Below are positions 41,526 to 52,059 of a stretch of DNA of 64,000 nt, one piece after another (positions within the stretch are counted from its first letter, which is position 1; each line of letters begins with the position of its first letter). Source of the DNA: Alphaproteobacteria bacterium. GTDB lineage: Bacteria; Pseudomonadota; Alphaproteobacteria; SP197. A program made the position numbers and the translations under genes. The DNA is taken from NCBI GenBank assembly GCA_964291265.2, contig OZ219747.1, forward strand, positions 2,528,001-2,592,000, read 5' to 3'. The notes beneath the pieces are model-generated. The model searched no databases. It was not told where the DNA came from and saw only the letters and a program-made list of their open reading frames with translations.

Positions 41526-43586
41526 TCAGACAAGAGGGGCGAGTTCGACGATCTCGTGTTTCCAGGGAACATCGTCGCCGATCGCTTCGCCGAGTTCGCG
41601 GGCGTAACGGTATCCGCCAAAGACCGCGGCAGCGATCGGCCCCGGACCATAGCAATCGCCGATGCGTGACACGCGGCGGATGCCCGCCTCTCGGTTGGCC
41701 GCTTCATCAGCCATGAGCGCGTGGTAGAGATCGTCGACCGGATCCTGGGCCGTCACCATGACGAGGCTGCGGCAGGCGATCCACTGGCACGCTCCCGTGT
41801 AGACATCCTCGACCTCGACCCTGCTCCATTCGATGGTCTTCACGGCGAAGCCGAGATGCCGCTCGACGCCGAGCGTGCGCATGCGGGCCTGGATGCGCTC
41901 GTATTCCAGCGTGTAGGCAGTCCACGCCGATACCGCACTTTCCGGCGTCACGATACTGACTGCGTGGCCCTCCTGCACCAGCTTTTCGGCGATCACGCCA
42001 CCCATGTAGTAGTGATCGTCGTCGAACACGACGACGGGCCCTTCGAGCGTGGCGCCTTCCATGATGTCATCGGGGGTGAAGATATTCCCCGACCCGCAGG
42101 CAAGGGGAAAGTCGTGATAGCGTCCGCTGCCATCACGTCTCCACCGGGCGCCGGTAGCCACGGCGACGAGTTCGGCGCCCGTCTCGCGTACGCTGTCGGC
42201 GGTCATCGCCGAATCCATGTAGATCTCGACGTTGGGCAGCTTGTGAAGCTGGGTCATGCGCCAGTCGCGCACGCGGGACCAGACTGCGAGACCCGGCAGA
42301 CGGCATTCCCGGGCGACCCGACCGCCCGTTTCGCGGCCGGCTTCGGCAAGCATGACTTCGTAGCCACGCTGACCCAGTCCCCGCGCTGCCTCGAGGCCGG
42401 CCGGGCCGGCTCCGACCACGAGAACACGTTCGTCCGTTTCTCGTGCAGGCATCACTTCGGGATGCCATCCCCGGCGCCACTCCTCGCCCTGGGTCGGGTT
42501 CTGCGTGCACCTGAGATAGGTCGGCTGGTTGGAGATGCCAACGCACATGTTGCAGCCGATACACTCGCGGATGTCCTCGGGCCGCCCTTCCTCGATCTTC
42601 TTCGGCAGGAAGGGGTCGGCGATGGACGGTCGGGCGGCGCCGATCATGTCGAGTACGCGGTTCTTCACCAGGGAGGCCATGCGGTCCGGGCTGGTGTAGC
42701 GCCCGACACCCACCACGGGCTTGCTGGTCAGGGACTTGACGAAGGAGATGTGCTTTTCCTGGAAGCCCTCGTCCGCGAACCTCGAGGTCTCGCTGTCATT
42801 CTCCCATTCGCTGACATTGACATCCCACAGGTCCGGCAGTTCACCGAGCATCTCGATGACGGCACGGCCGTCCTCTTCGGGGGTGATTCCCTTCGGTCCG
42901 ACGAGTTCGTTGACGGCAAGGCGCACTGCGACCCCGCATGTGTCTCCGACGGCATCCTTGGTGTCCTCTATGACCTCGCGCAGCAGGCGCGCCCTGTTCT
43001 CGATGGATCCGCCGTATTCATCCGTGCGCTGGTTGTGGCGCGCCGACAGGAAATGCATGCACAGGGAAAGGCTGTGTCCGGCATAGACATAGACGATGTC
43101 GAAACCGGCCCGCCTGCCGCGCAAGGCTGCATTGCGGTGCCATCGCCGGTAGTCGGCGATATCGGTCCTGTCCATGGTTCGCGCATGGAACGGGTCGATA
43201 CCGTGGACCGGTCTCGCCGTGGGCGCCATCGGGATCTCTCGGCCGATGTAGTTCGAGGTGTAGTAACCCATGTGCGTGAGTTCGAGGCCGGCCAGGGCGC
43301 CGTGCTGGTGGACCTGGTCCGCCATGCGCGCGAGGTAGGGAATGTCCCGGTCGTCCCACAGTCGGATTTCCCGTTCCGTGTCGGTGGTCACGTGGATATC
43401 GCACTGTTCCGTGCACACCACGGCCCAGCCGCCTTCCGCCTTGATGCCGCGCATGACCGCCATGGCCGTGGGATGGGCGCGTCCCATGCCATTGCAGTGA
43501 GGCACCTGGTAGAAGCGATTCCTCGCCGTGACGGGTCCGATGGCGACGGGCTCGAACAGGACATCATGGTGCTGATCTCGTGGCAT
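41526..43586 (-). CDS. Histamine/trimethylamine dehydrogenase-family flavoprotein
   Basis: KN/RNRFYQVPHCNGMG (FMN-linked Cys), CIGCNMC...C 4Fe-4S, GEEWRRGWHPE, GAGPAG, DDDHYY. Confidence 0.9.
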   Translation of the reverse strand: MPRDQHHDVLFEPVAIGPVTARNRFYQVPHCNGMGRAHPTAMAVMRGIKAEGGWAVVCTEQCDIHVTTDTEREIRLWDDRDIPYLARMADQVHQHGALAGLELTHMGYYTSNYIGREIPMAPTARPVHGIDPFHARTMDRTDIADYRRWHRNAALRGRRAGFDIVYVYAGHSLSLCMHFLSARHNQRTDEYGGSIENRARLLREVIEDTKDAVGDTCGVAVRLAVNELVGPKGITPEEDGRAVIEMLGELPDLWDVNVSEWENDSETSRFADEGFQEKHISFVKSLTSKPVVGVGRYTSPDRMASLVKNRVLDMIGAARPSIADPFLPKKIEEGRPEDIRECIGCNMCVGISNQPTYLRCTQNPTQGEEWRRGWHPEVMPARETDERVLVVGAGPAGLEAARGLGQRGYEVMLAEAGRETGGRVARECRLPGLAVWSRVRDWRMTQLHKLPNVEIYMDSAMTADSVRETGAELVAVATGARWRRDGSGRYHDFPLACGSGNIFTPDDIMEGATLEGPVVVFDDDHYYMGGVIAEKLVQEGHAVSIVTPESAVSAWTAYTLEYERIQARMRTLGVERHLGFAVKTIEWSRVEVEDVYTGACQWIACRSLVMVTAQDPVDDLYHALMADEAANREAGIRRVSRIGDCYGPGPIAAAVFGGYRYARELGEAIGDDVPWKHEIVELAPLV

Positions 43587-43732
43587 CGGGTTCCGGTTCT
43601 CCTGCTGACACGTCGATTGTGGCACCACAGGACCGGCAGTGTCGACAAGCGGCGCCGACCGCACTAACGTCCCGCACCGTGACAACCGGATATCGTCCCC
43701 GTCGCGGCGACGGAAACCCAGGGAGAATCGGC

Positions 43733-45058
43733 ATGTCAGTTCCATCGAAGGGGTCATCACGGCGCGCATTCATGGGCGCCGCACTGGCGGCGCCGGCCGC
43801 GGCAGCGCTGACACCGGCGCAACTCCTGGCCCAGGCCAACGACGGCATGGAGGCAACCGGCGAGCCCATTCCGGTTGGTCAGGCCTCGGCGCAGACCAGC
43901 TGGGGCGCCCCGGACGGAATCGAATTCATGCGTGGCCTGACCCTCGCCTGTGAGGAAATCAACGCCATCGGCGGTATCCTGGGGCGGCCTCTCGAGCCCC
44001 ACATCGAGGATACCGGAGAGATGGGAGATGACCGGAACGTGCAGGCAGTCCAGCGGCTCATCGACCGTCATGGCGTCCATGCCGTCGTCAACGGTTACAA
44101 CGTGGGCACGGGCATAGCGATTCAGGACGTCATCGCCGATGCAGGCATCATCTACATGCACTACGATACGGTGATCGCGCACAACGAGCTTGTCGCTTCC
44201 GACCCCGACTACTACTTCGGGAGTTTCATGGGTGATCCCCCCGAGTACTGGTACGGCGCCGGCTTTCTCGACTACATCAACACGCTGGAAATGAACGGCG
44301 AATTCACGCGAAGCAACAACCGCATCGTCATCATCACCGGACCGGGGCCCTACTCGACCAACATTGCCAACTCGATCCGCGAAGGCGCCGGTGACTACGG
44401 CTACGAGACAAGCCTCTTCGAATCGGTGACGGTGCCGATTTCGGAGTGGGGTCCGACCCTCGCCAAGATTCGCCAGGATCCTCCCGCGGTGATTGCCATC
44501 ACCCATTTCTATCCGCAGGATCTCGCCCAGTTCATGCTGCAGTTCGTGCCCGACCCGACACCGAGTCTCGTCTACATGCAGTATGGTCCGTCCCTTGCCG
44601 CCTTCCGCGATATCGGCAAGGAGTCGACCAACGGTGTCCTCTACGCCACGGTGATCGCAGCCCTGCCCGACGAGATCGGGACGGCCTTCGAACGGCGCTA
44701 CAAGGACCGCTGGGGCGAGGATGCGACGCATCTCACCGGGTCCCAACCCTACGACGGCTGTTATGTCTGGGCGACGGCCTGTGCTCTTGCCGGGGGTTCA
44801 GGCGCTCCCGGAGACGAAGGACAGAACCGCAAGGTGGCGGCCCACATCCGGCGCATGATCCACCGCGGCATGAACGGCACCACGCGGTTCATTCCCGGCG
44901 AGCAGGCGGCGTATCACTATCCGGCGCAGACCAACGATCCATCGCTCGGCATGCCGCACCAGTTCCTGCAGATCCAGGACCACATGCAGACTCCCGTCCT
45001 GGTGGCGCCGCAACCCTACAGCGCTGCTCCGTTCGTCACGCCTCCGTGGATGAGCTGA
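43733..45058 (+). CDS. Liv-type ABC transporter substrate-binding protein
   Basis: Tat signal SRRAFMG; EINAIGGILGRPL. Confidence 0.9.
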   Translation: MSVPSKGSSRRAFMGAALAAPAAAALTPAQLLAQANDGMEATGEPIPVGQASAQTSWGAPDGIEFMRGLTLACEEINAIGGILGRPLEPHIEDTGEMGDDRNVQAVQRLIDRHGVHAVVNGYNVGTGIAIQDVIADAGIIYMHYDTVIAHNELVASDPDYYFGSFMGDPPEYWYGAGFLDYINTLEMNGEFTRSNNRIVIITGPGPYSTNIANSIREGAGDYGYETSLFESVTVPISEWGPTLAKIRQDPPAVIAITHFYPQDLAQFMLQFVPDPTPSLVYMQYGPSLAAFRDIGKESTNGVLYATVIAALPDEIGTAFERRYKDRWGEDATHLTGSQPYDGCYVWATACALAGGSGAPGDEGQNRKVAAHIRRMIHRGMNGTTRFIPGEQAAYHYPAQTNDPSLGMPHQFLQIQDHMQTPVLVAPQPYSAAPFVTPPWMS

Positions 45059-45864
45059 GTCAGGACACCGCACGCTCACCCCGTCCCCTCCTGGTGGTGG
45101 ACGGGGTGAGCAAGCACTTCGGTGCGCTGGCGGCGGTCGACAACCTCAGTTTCGAGGTGATGCCGGGAGAGGTTCTCGGCATCGGAGGTCCCAACGGGGC
45201 CGGCAAGACGACGCTCTTTGATGTCATAACCGGGCTCGATCGTGCCTCATCGGGGCGTATTCTCTTCTCTGGTGATGACATCACGCGTGCCGGGCCCGAG
45301 AGGATCTGCCATGCGGGCATCGCCCGCACCTTCCAGCTCAACGCCGGCTTCGAAACGCTGAGTGTGCGGGAGAACATCGAGGTCGCAGCCATCTATGGGC
45401 ACGAGGCGCCGGTGTTCCCGGGGTTTCACATCCGGCCCGTCGTCCGCCGCAGGGTCGATGCCGCCATCGAACTTTCCGGCCTCGCCGGCCGCGCCACGGT
45501 ACCGGCCGGAGAACTGGCGGTGCTCGAACGCAAGTTCCTCATGGTGGCCACGGCGATCGTGACGCAGCCGCGTCTTCTCATGCTCGACGAACCGGTGGGC
45601 GGTCTGACCCAGGCGGAGATGGACGCCTTCGTCGCCATGCTGGCGCGGATCAGGGGAGAGGGCATGGCCATCATGCTCATCGAGCATGTCATGCGTTTTC
45701 TTGTCACGCTTGCCGACCGGGTTCTCATCATGCACCACGGCGAGAGAATCTACGAAGGCCGGCCCGATGACCTTGCAGACGACAGGCGTGTCGTGGACGT
45801 CTATCTTGGCGATGGCGCGGCGGATCTGATCCGCGCCGCCCTCGGTGCCGGCGCAGTCCCGTGA
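45046..45864 (+). CDS. LivG-like ABC ATPase
   Basis: GPNGAGKT, ARTFQ, LDEP, IEH; start uncertain. Confidence 0.9.
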   Translation: MDELSQDTARSPRPLLVVDGVSKHFGALAAVDNLSFEVMPGEVLGIGGPNGAGKTTLFDVITGLDRASSGRILFSGDDITRAGPERICHAGIARTFQLNAGFETLSVRENIEVAAIYGHEAPVFPGFHIRPVVRRRVDAAIELSGLAGRATVPAGELAVLERKFLMVATAIVTQPRLLMLDEPVGGLTQAEMDAFVAMLARIRGEGMAIMLIEHVMRFLVTLADRVLIMHHGERIYEGRPDDLADDRRVVDVYLGDGAADLIRAALGAGAVP

Positions 45865-46577
45865 ACGATCCCTTGCTGAGTGTGCGCCAGGTCTTTGCCG
45901 GGTACGCCGGCAGGGATGTTCTGCGCGACATCTCGCTGGATGTCCACCCGGGCGCCTTCCTCTCGGTCATAGGGCCCAACGGTCACGGCAAGAGCACGTT
46001 GCTGAAGTGCATCAGCGGTCTCGTGAGGACCGGCAGCGGCTCGATCCGCTTCTCCGGCGACGATGTCACCGGTCTGGCGGCGCCGGCGATGGCGGCGCGG
46101 GGCCTTGTCCATGTTCCCCAGGGCGACATGCTCTTTGCCGACATGACGGTGCACGAGAACCTGATGATGGGCGCCTACCTGACGTCCGACAAGGCGGTCG
46201 TCCGGCGCCGCCTCGACGAGGTTCATACGATTCTTCCGCGACTTGCCGATCGCCGCCGGCAGCTCGCAAGAACACTGTCGGGAGGCGAACGCCGCATGGT
46301 GGCGATCGGTCGCGGGCTGATGGCCGGTGGACGGCTCACCATGTTCGATGAACCTTCACTTGGCCTGGCGCCGGTGATCATCGACCAGATCTACGAGGTC
46401 ATGGAGCGGCTGCGGGCAAGCGGCAGGACCATCGTGCTTGTCGAGGAAAACGCGATGCGGGCGGCGAGGCAGTCGGACCGCATGTGTCTTCTCGACAACG
46501 GGGCCATGGTCTGGCAGGGCAACGGCGAGGAGTTCCTCGCCCGTCCCGAGGTGATCCGCAGCTACCTCGGAGGATAG
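45861..46577 (+). CDS. LivF-like ABC ATPase
   Basis: GPNGHGKS, LSGGE, DEPSLGLAP. Confidence 0.92.
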   Translation: MNDPLLSVRQVFAGYAGRDVLRDISLDVHPGAFLSVIGPNGHGKSTLLKCISGLVRTGSGSIRFSGDDVTGLAAPAMAARGLVHVPQGDMLFADMTVHENLMMGAYLTSDKAVVRRRLDEVHTILPRLADRRRQLARTLSGGERRMVAIGRGLMAGGRLTMFDEPSLGLAPVIIDQIYEVMERLRASGRTIVLVEENAMRAARQSDRMCLLDNGAMVWQGNGEEFLARPEVIRSYLGG

Positions 46578-46580
46578 GCA

Positions 46581-47462
46581 GTGATGGAGGTTGTCGTTCA
46601 GGTGATTGCTTCCGGCCTCACGCTGGGAGCCATGTACGCTGTCGCCGCCGTCGGCCTGGCCCTGGTCTACGGAGCCCTCGGCATGCTCAACCTCGCCCAT
46701 GGCGCGGTCCTCACGTTTGGCGGCTACGCCGCCTTCTGGGTGATCACGTCGCTGGGTATGCCGATGGCAGCCGGGGTCGTCGCCGCCATCGTGACGGGTG
46801 CGTTGCTGGGTCTGGCGATCTATGTCGTCCTTGTCCATGGCATGTTGACGGCGCCGGCCTTCGAGACCAACATCTTCATCGCCACGTTCGGTATCGGCAT
46901 GGCCCTGGAGAATGTCGTGCTCAAGCTCTTCGGAGCCTATCCGGCGGCACAGCCTCTTGCGGTCGACGGCGCCGTCGCCGTCTTCGATGTCTTCATTCCC
47001 GCGCGCAACATCGTCATCCTCGTTGCCGGCGTCCTCCTCATGGTGGCGACGGCCTGGCTGCTGACACGCACGCGGACCGGCAACGCCATCCGGGCGACGG
47101 CACAGAACCGGGCTGCCGCGGAGCTGATGGGCGTGAGGGTGCGGTGGATCTACGCCCGGGTTCTGGCGATCTCGGGCGCACTCGCCGGTGTCTCGGGAAT
47201 CATGGTGAGTTCACTCACCAATCTCTCCCCCACCATGGGCGGTGACCCCATGCTCAAGGCCTTTATCGTCTGTGTCGTCGCCGGCCTCGGCAACGTTTAC
47301 GGCGCCATGATGGCCGCCATCGCGCTGGGCCTCGTCGAATCCACGGCACAGTACCTCCTCGGTGTGCGCTTCGGACTGGCGACATTGCTGGTGCTCGTCA
47401 TCCTGACCCTGATCTGGCGGCCGCACGGCCTGTTCGGCCGGACCCAGGTGCAGCGCCTGTGA
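46581..47462 (+). CDS. LivH-like permease
   Basis: NLAHG, GNAIRATAQN, AGLGN, RPHGLFG. Confidence 0.92.
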   Translation: MMEVVVQVIASGLTLGAMYAVAAVGLALVYGALGMLNLAHGAVLTFGGYAAFWVITSLGMPMAAGVVAAIVTGALLGLAIYVVLVHGMLTAPAFETNIFIATFGIGMALENVVLKLFGAYPAAQPLAVDGAVAVFDVFIPARNIVILVAGVLLMVATAWLLTRTRTGNAIRATAQNRAAAELMGVRVRWIYARVLAISGALAGVSGIMVSSLTNLSPTMGGDPMLKAFIVCVVAGLGNVYGAMMAAIALGLVESTAQYLLGVRFGLATLLVLVILTLIWRPHGLFGRTQVQRL

Positions 47463-48463
47463 CCGCTCCCGGGAAGGACCTGATGATCGGCGTCATCCTT
47501 GTCGCCATGGCCGCCACGGTGCCGTTCCTGTTTCCGGTGCGCTACGTCATCACGCAGATGACGCTGCTCTTCATCTACGCCATCGTGGTGACCCAGTGGA
47601 ATCTCGTCCTCGGTGTCGCCGGCATCTTCTCCCTGGCGCAGATGGCGCTGTTTGCCTGCGGCGCCTATGCCACCGCGATGCTCGGCCTCTATCTCGACTG
47701 GTCGCTGTGGGCAGCGATGCCGGCGGGAGCCGTGATCGCAGCTGTCGCCGGGCTCCTGGTCGGTCTTGCCTGCCTGAGACTCAAGGGACCCTATGTCGCC
47801 CTGCTGACCCTGGCGCTCGCCCAGGTCGCCTATCTCGTCATCATCACCGACACCGATTGTTTCATCAGGACGGAAACGCGTTGCGAACCCTTGACCGGCG
47901 GCGCCAGCGGGCTGCGGCGCTTCGGGGACCTCGGTCTGAAGGAGTGGCTCGGCCGCGACTGGGTCATCGGCAACTACTTCGTCGGTCTTGGTCTTCTGGT
48001 GGCGGCCATGACGTTCTCCGTGGCCGTTGCGAGGGGGCCGCTGGGCCTCGCCTTCAGGGCGCTCAGGGACAACCCGGGCTATGCCCGCTCGCGCGGCATC
48101 AGCCAGTTCAAGTACCAGCTCGTCGTCTTCGCCCTGTCGGCCTTCTTCACCGGCCTCGCCGGCGCCTTCTACGCGGCGCACTTCAAGAGTGTCGGTCCGA
48201 CGATCTTCTCGTTCAGCCTGCTCCTGCTGCTTCTTGCCATGATCGTCGTCGGCGGGCTGGGAACCATCTGGGGACCCGTCGTCGGCGCCACGCTGGTGAT
48301 GTTCGCCGACGAGGGACTGAGGGAGTTCCAGGACTTTCGCACCCTCGGACTCGGCCTCACGCTTGCCCTCTTCGTGCTGCTGCTTCCCGATGGTCTCACC
48401 GGCACCGCATCCCGTCTCCTCGCCCGATGGCGCGGCTCCGGCAACTGCCCCGGTGCTCCCTGA
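47459..48463 (+). CDS. LivM-like permease
   Basis: LRLKGPYVALLTL, RALRDN, VGGLGTIWGP. Confidence 0.92.
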   Translation: MTAPGKDLMIGVILVAMAATVPFLFPVRYVITQMTLLFIYAIVVTQWNLVLGVAGIFSLAQMALFACGAYATAMLGLYLDWSLWAAMPAGAVIAAVAGLLVGLACLRLKGPYVALLTLALAQVAYLVIITDTDCFIRTETRCEPLTGGASGLRRFGDLGLKEWLGRDWVIGNYFVGLGLLVAAMTFSVAVARGPLGLAFRALRDNPGYARSRGISQFKYQLVVFALSAFFTGLAGAFYAAHFKSVGPTIFSFSLLLLLLAMIVVGGLGTIWGPVVGATLVMFADEGLREFQDFRTLGLGLTLALFVLLLPDGLTGTASRLLARWRGSGNCPGAP

Positions 48464-49299
48464 CGAACCACCTGAAGACACCTCGCCGTTTGCAGGGTGC
48501 ACCGGGCGAGACCGAGGAGCCGGTCGGATTGCGGCATGATGCCTGCGCAACAGGAACGCCGCCTGGCTCGGACCGAGGCGTTCGAGGGCTGCCGGATGGC
48601 CGCTCACCGACCGGGGTGGATGGCGCAGCAATAGCACTCGGCCACGCGCGTCGAGGTGACGGCGGTTGGAATCCCAGGCTGCCATGTGGTCGTATGGCGC
48701 CACCATCGGGCACGGCGCGTTCATCGTGTCTTCGCGAAGCGTTGCCGTACCGCAAGATACGAGGATTGACCGAAGGCTCGGAACCCACCACAATCAACCA
48801 TCATTGCGTGACCGAACCGAACGCAAACGCTTGCGACTGTTCAACTTGAGCCATGATGTAGTATCTATGCCTCATTGGTACTTCGGGTGGTGGACACGGG
48901 CCGAAGAGGCGGCGAGAAAGGGGCGTTCAACAACATGTTCGGCCGGAACCAGAAACAGGATCACCGGGCCCCTTTGCCGGGTGAGATATTCCCTTCGATC
49001 GACTTCAACGCCCTCGGAAAACAACTCCGTCTGGAAGTGCGTGGGCTGAAGAACGGCAGGGCCGGCCATCCCGACAGCGGAGCCACCGAGTTCGACCCGG
49101 TTGAGAACGAGATCGTCAATACTGTCGACGCAATCCGAAGGCAGGGTCTCGCGCGAGCCGCCGATTACGAGAAGGTTTATCGAGATCGAATTACCGACGG
49201 CGGTGCTTTCGGACCGGGAATTCGGGAAATCGCCAACAACGCCGACACCGACTTCCGCAGGGGTAAGCGTTCGGCCACGCGGTGATTGTTGGTGATATT

Positions 49300-49606
49300 C
49301 ACCGGTTGAGGATGCGTTTGGGAGGCGCACCACGTGGCGGTTCGCTGTTGGGTCCGAAGACGATGGGTCCGGGTCGGGTTGCTCGTCGTTGGGGTGGCGG
49401 CAGGGTGATGAGGCCGTCGCGGTGCATGGCCAGAAAGGCGACATTCGCCATCATGTTCTTGAGGCCCCGTCGGGCTTGTATCAGCCGGTCTCGCGGCAGA
49501 AGGCGCGGGCGATGGCCGCACGGGTGGGGTGCTGGGTGATCAGGGAGCGCAACAGCGCCATCTCGTGCGCGGTGAAGTCACGGCCGTCGTAACGGCACTC
49601 GATCAC
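49300..49606 (-). pseudogene. DUF4338-associated N-terminal remnant inside IS66
   Basis: RYDGRDFT...TRAAIARAFCRETG*YKPDG...LAMHRDGLITLPPP, with stop and frameshift. Confidence 0.6.
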
Positions 49607-52059
49607 CCCGGTTCCATGAGGTCCCTTCGACGCTCCGGGGGCATCGACCATGGCAGCCACGGGTCGAGGTCATCCGGCGGCTTGCCGCCGTTCTGCGCGC
49701 AGGCCTCAAGCCACTCATGAAGCCAGCGCCGAACATTGATGTTGTTCATGGCAAGGGTGCCGATGACCGAGTACATGATGGCGGTGAAGGCGGCGCCTTC
49801 CTCGCTGTCGGAGCCGAAGCTCAGCTTTCTCGCGGTCACCGCACCCCGGAGGGCTCTCTCGGCAAAGTTGTTGTCCATGGGCACCTGGGGATGGTCGACA
49901 AAGACGCACAGTCCCTCGCGGTGACGGATCAGGGAACGCAAGGGCTTCGCTTCGCGTGCACCCTCGGGCAAGGCGTCGAGTTCCTCCTGAGCCTGCCTGA
50001 ACAGCGCCTCGACAGCCGCACGAAGGTCCTTCTGCAGGGCATTGAACCTCGCTGACTGACGCTTGCGTGCGGGATCGTAGTGCTTCAGCCGTTGCCCATT
50101 CAGTGTGTAGATCAGCGCGATCCTGTCGAGCCACTTGTCGCACCACTCTTCCAGCCCCTCCTGGCCTGCCGCAGCCTCGATCACATCGCGCCTGGAGTGC
50201 GCCCAGCAAAGGCAGAGGATCACCTTGCCATCAAGCTCACGCTCCAGTTTCCTGTAGACCACGTAGCGGTCGCAAACAAGGAAGACGACACCTTCGGTGG
50301 AGGCGAACAGCACCATGGCCACCCGGGCGCTGCGTGACGGGTCGATAAGGAAGAAGACGGAGTCGGCGCTGACCGCGGTCCACAGCCAGGCCTTCTGCGA
50401 GCGCCCCGAGGCCTTGAGGGACTGGATGCGCCAGCTGGTCTCGTCGCCGTGGCGCACCGTCAGCCGGTTCTGATGATCGAGGATGGCCTGAGCGAGAGGC
50501 GCGAACATCGGCGTCATCTTCTTCATGCCGCCAGCGATCGTTCCCGGCGCCATCGGCAGTCCCTGGTCTTCCAGCCATCGCGAGACCCGGCGCAGGGGAC
50601 GCAAGCAGGCGAAGCGCTCATAGAGCACGCATTCCCAGACACTGATGCCGAAGGGGGTATTCGCAAGCAAGCGCAAAGGTGGCGGCGCGATGATCTCCGC
50701 AGGCGCCGACGAACACTGACAACCACGGCGCCAACGCCCACGTTCAATCCGCCGGATATGAGCCTTGACATGGACCTCCATGATCGAGGTCTCGTGGCTG
50801 CCGTTGGCCACATAGGGCTCGCCGCAACACGGGCACGTGCGCTGCGATGCCGGTGGATCATGGCGTTCGTGCTTCTCCTTGAGCTTCGGACGCGGAGTGC
50901 GCCCGTGGCCGCTCTTGCCGGGTTGCTGACCCCGCTTGTTCCCGGTGCCTTCCTTCTTCTTCCGTTTCTCGCTCTTCGACCCGAAGCGCGCCGTCGCGTG
51001 CTTGGCACGCGTCCCGCGGAGATTCCTCAGCTCGCTCGCCTGTTCAGCGTTCTTGAGCTTCAGAGCGTCCCTTTCCTGCTCCAGCGCCTCCGCTCGGACC
51101 TGTCCACGCTTCACCTCCCGGCGAGCCTCCTTGAGCTGATCACGAGTGCGGTCGAGATGAAACTTGAATGTGCCCGCACGGGCACGGGCAGAATTCTTCG
51201 CACGGCGCAGGTCAGACGCGGTAGGGATGCGCATTGCTGCGCACCCCCCGCGCAGATCCGGACGTGGACGTTAATCCATCCGGCTCCTACCTCGGGTACT
51301 GGACGGCAAACCACTGGACTAGCCTGCGGCTTCCCGTATCCGATCCGCCGCCTGTGGCACGCTTGCCCGACACTGCGTTCGGTGCGTGCTTTAGCGTCCC
51401 GGATTCCCCTTGGTTGAGGCCCTTTCCTCCAGCGACTCCGCAGAAGCTAACGCTTCCTTGTTCGCCGCCTTCACAGGTACTACGGCCTCATCCGACTTCT
51501 TCAAACCGTACATCATAGGCTTCGGTTTTCTCCTTCCCCATGCGGTCCCGCCACAACCGGCGGGACGGTTTGAAGATCTCCCAGGGTCCCAACAGAAGGC
51601 GTGCGGACGTGCATGGGTTCTCTGACACCGCGGGGCTCGCCGACATCTCACCAAATCGATGCCTGCGATGTTGCCTTCGACCAATGCGAAAGCCTCGGCA
51701 CCCCGGATGATAGCTTTTTCGGTGCTCATTAGCCCTGCCCATCCGTACCGCTACCGACGCTTCGCCTGCCCCCTCGCGGGAACCGACGCACGGCTCGCGG
51801 AGAAACGTGGTTTGGTTACTCCTTCGTTCCAGGGGACTTTCACCCCCTACCTTCCGCCAGTTCGCCTGGCACACCGCATACGCGCTTCCGCCGCATCCGC
51901 ACGAACCCGCTCCGCCTCATAGAGCGCACGCCAGTCAGGCGCCTCGCATGACAAGGCCACTGACGCCCGACATAGGCCGTCACCACCTCCCGTCAGCTGC
52001 TGTGTCGCTCCGCGCGTCTCGGCAAAAGTCTTCATGGCCTCGACCATAATCGAGACCAA
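49603..52059 (-). CDS. tnpC: IS66 transposase split by a group II intron (exons about 52059-51875 and 51214-49603)
   Basis: GQQPGKSGHGR, CPCCG, HGDETSW, CWAHSRR, DNNFAERALR; exons join as AEARMR-DLRRAK; start uncertain. Confidence 0.85.
51215..51874 (-). ncRNA. ORF-less group II intron (660 nt)
   Basis: 5' GUGUG; domain V GAGCCGGAUGG...CCACGUCCGGAUC; domain VI GGGGGGUGCGCAGCAAUGCGCAUCCCUACC; candidate EBS1 CGCAU complementary to exon end AUGCG. Confidence 0.9.

Noticed and set aside
48464-48900. ORFs between livM and the membrane operon
   Set aside because: No recognisable motifs; only a faint IS66-end-like relic near 48790-48835
51215-51874. IStron
   Set aside because: IStrons are group I intron-IS200/605/607 chimeras; this is a group II intron inside an IS66 gene
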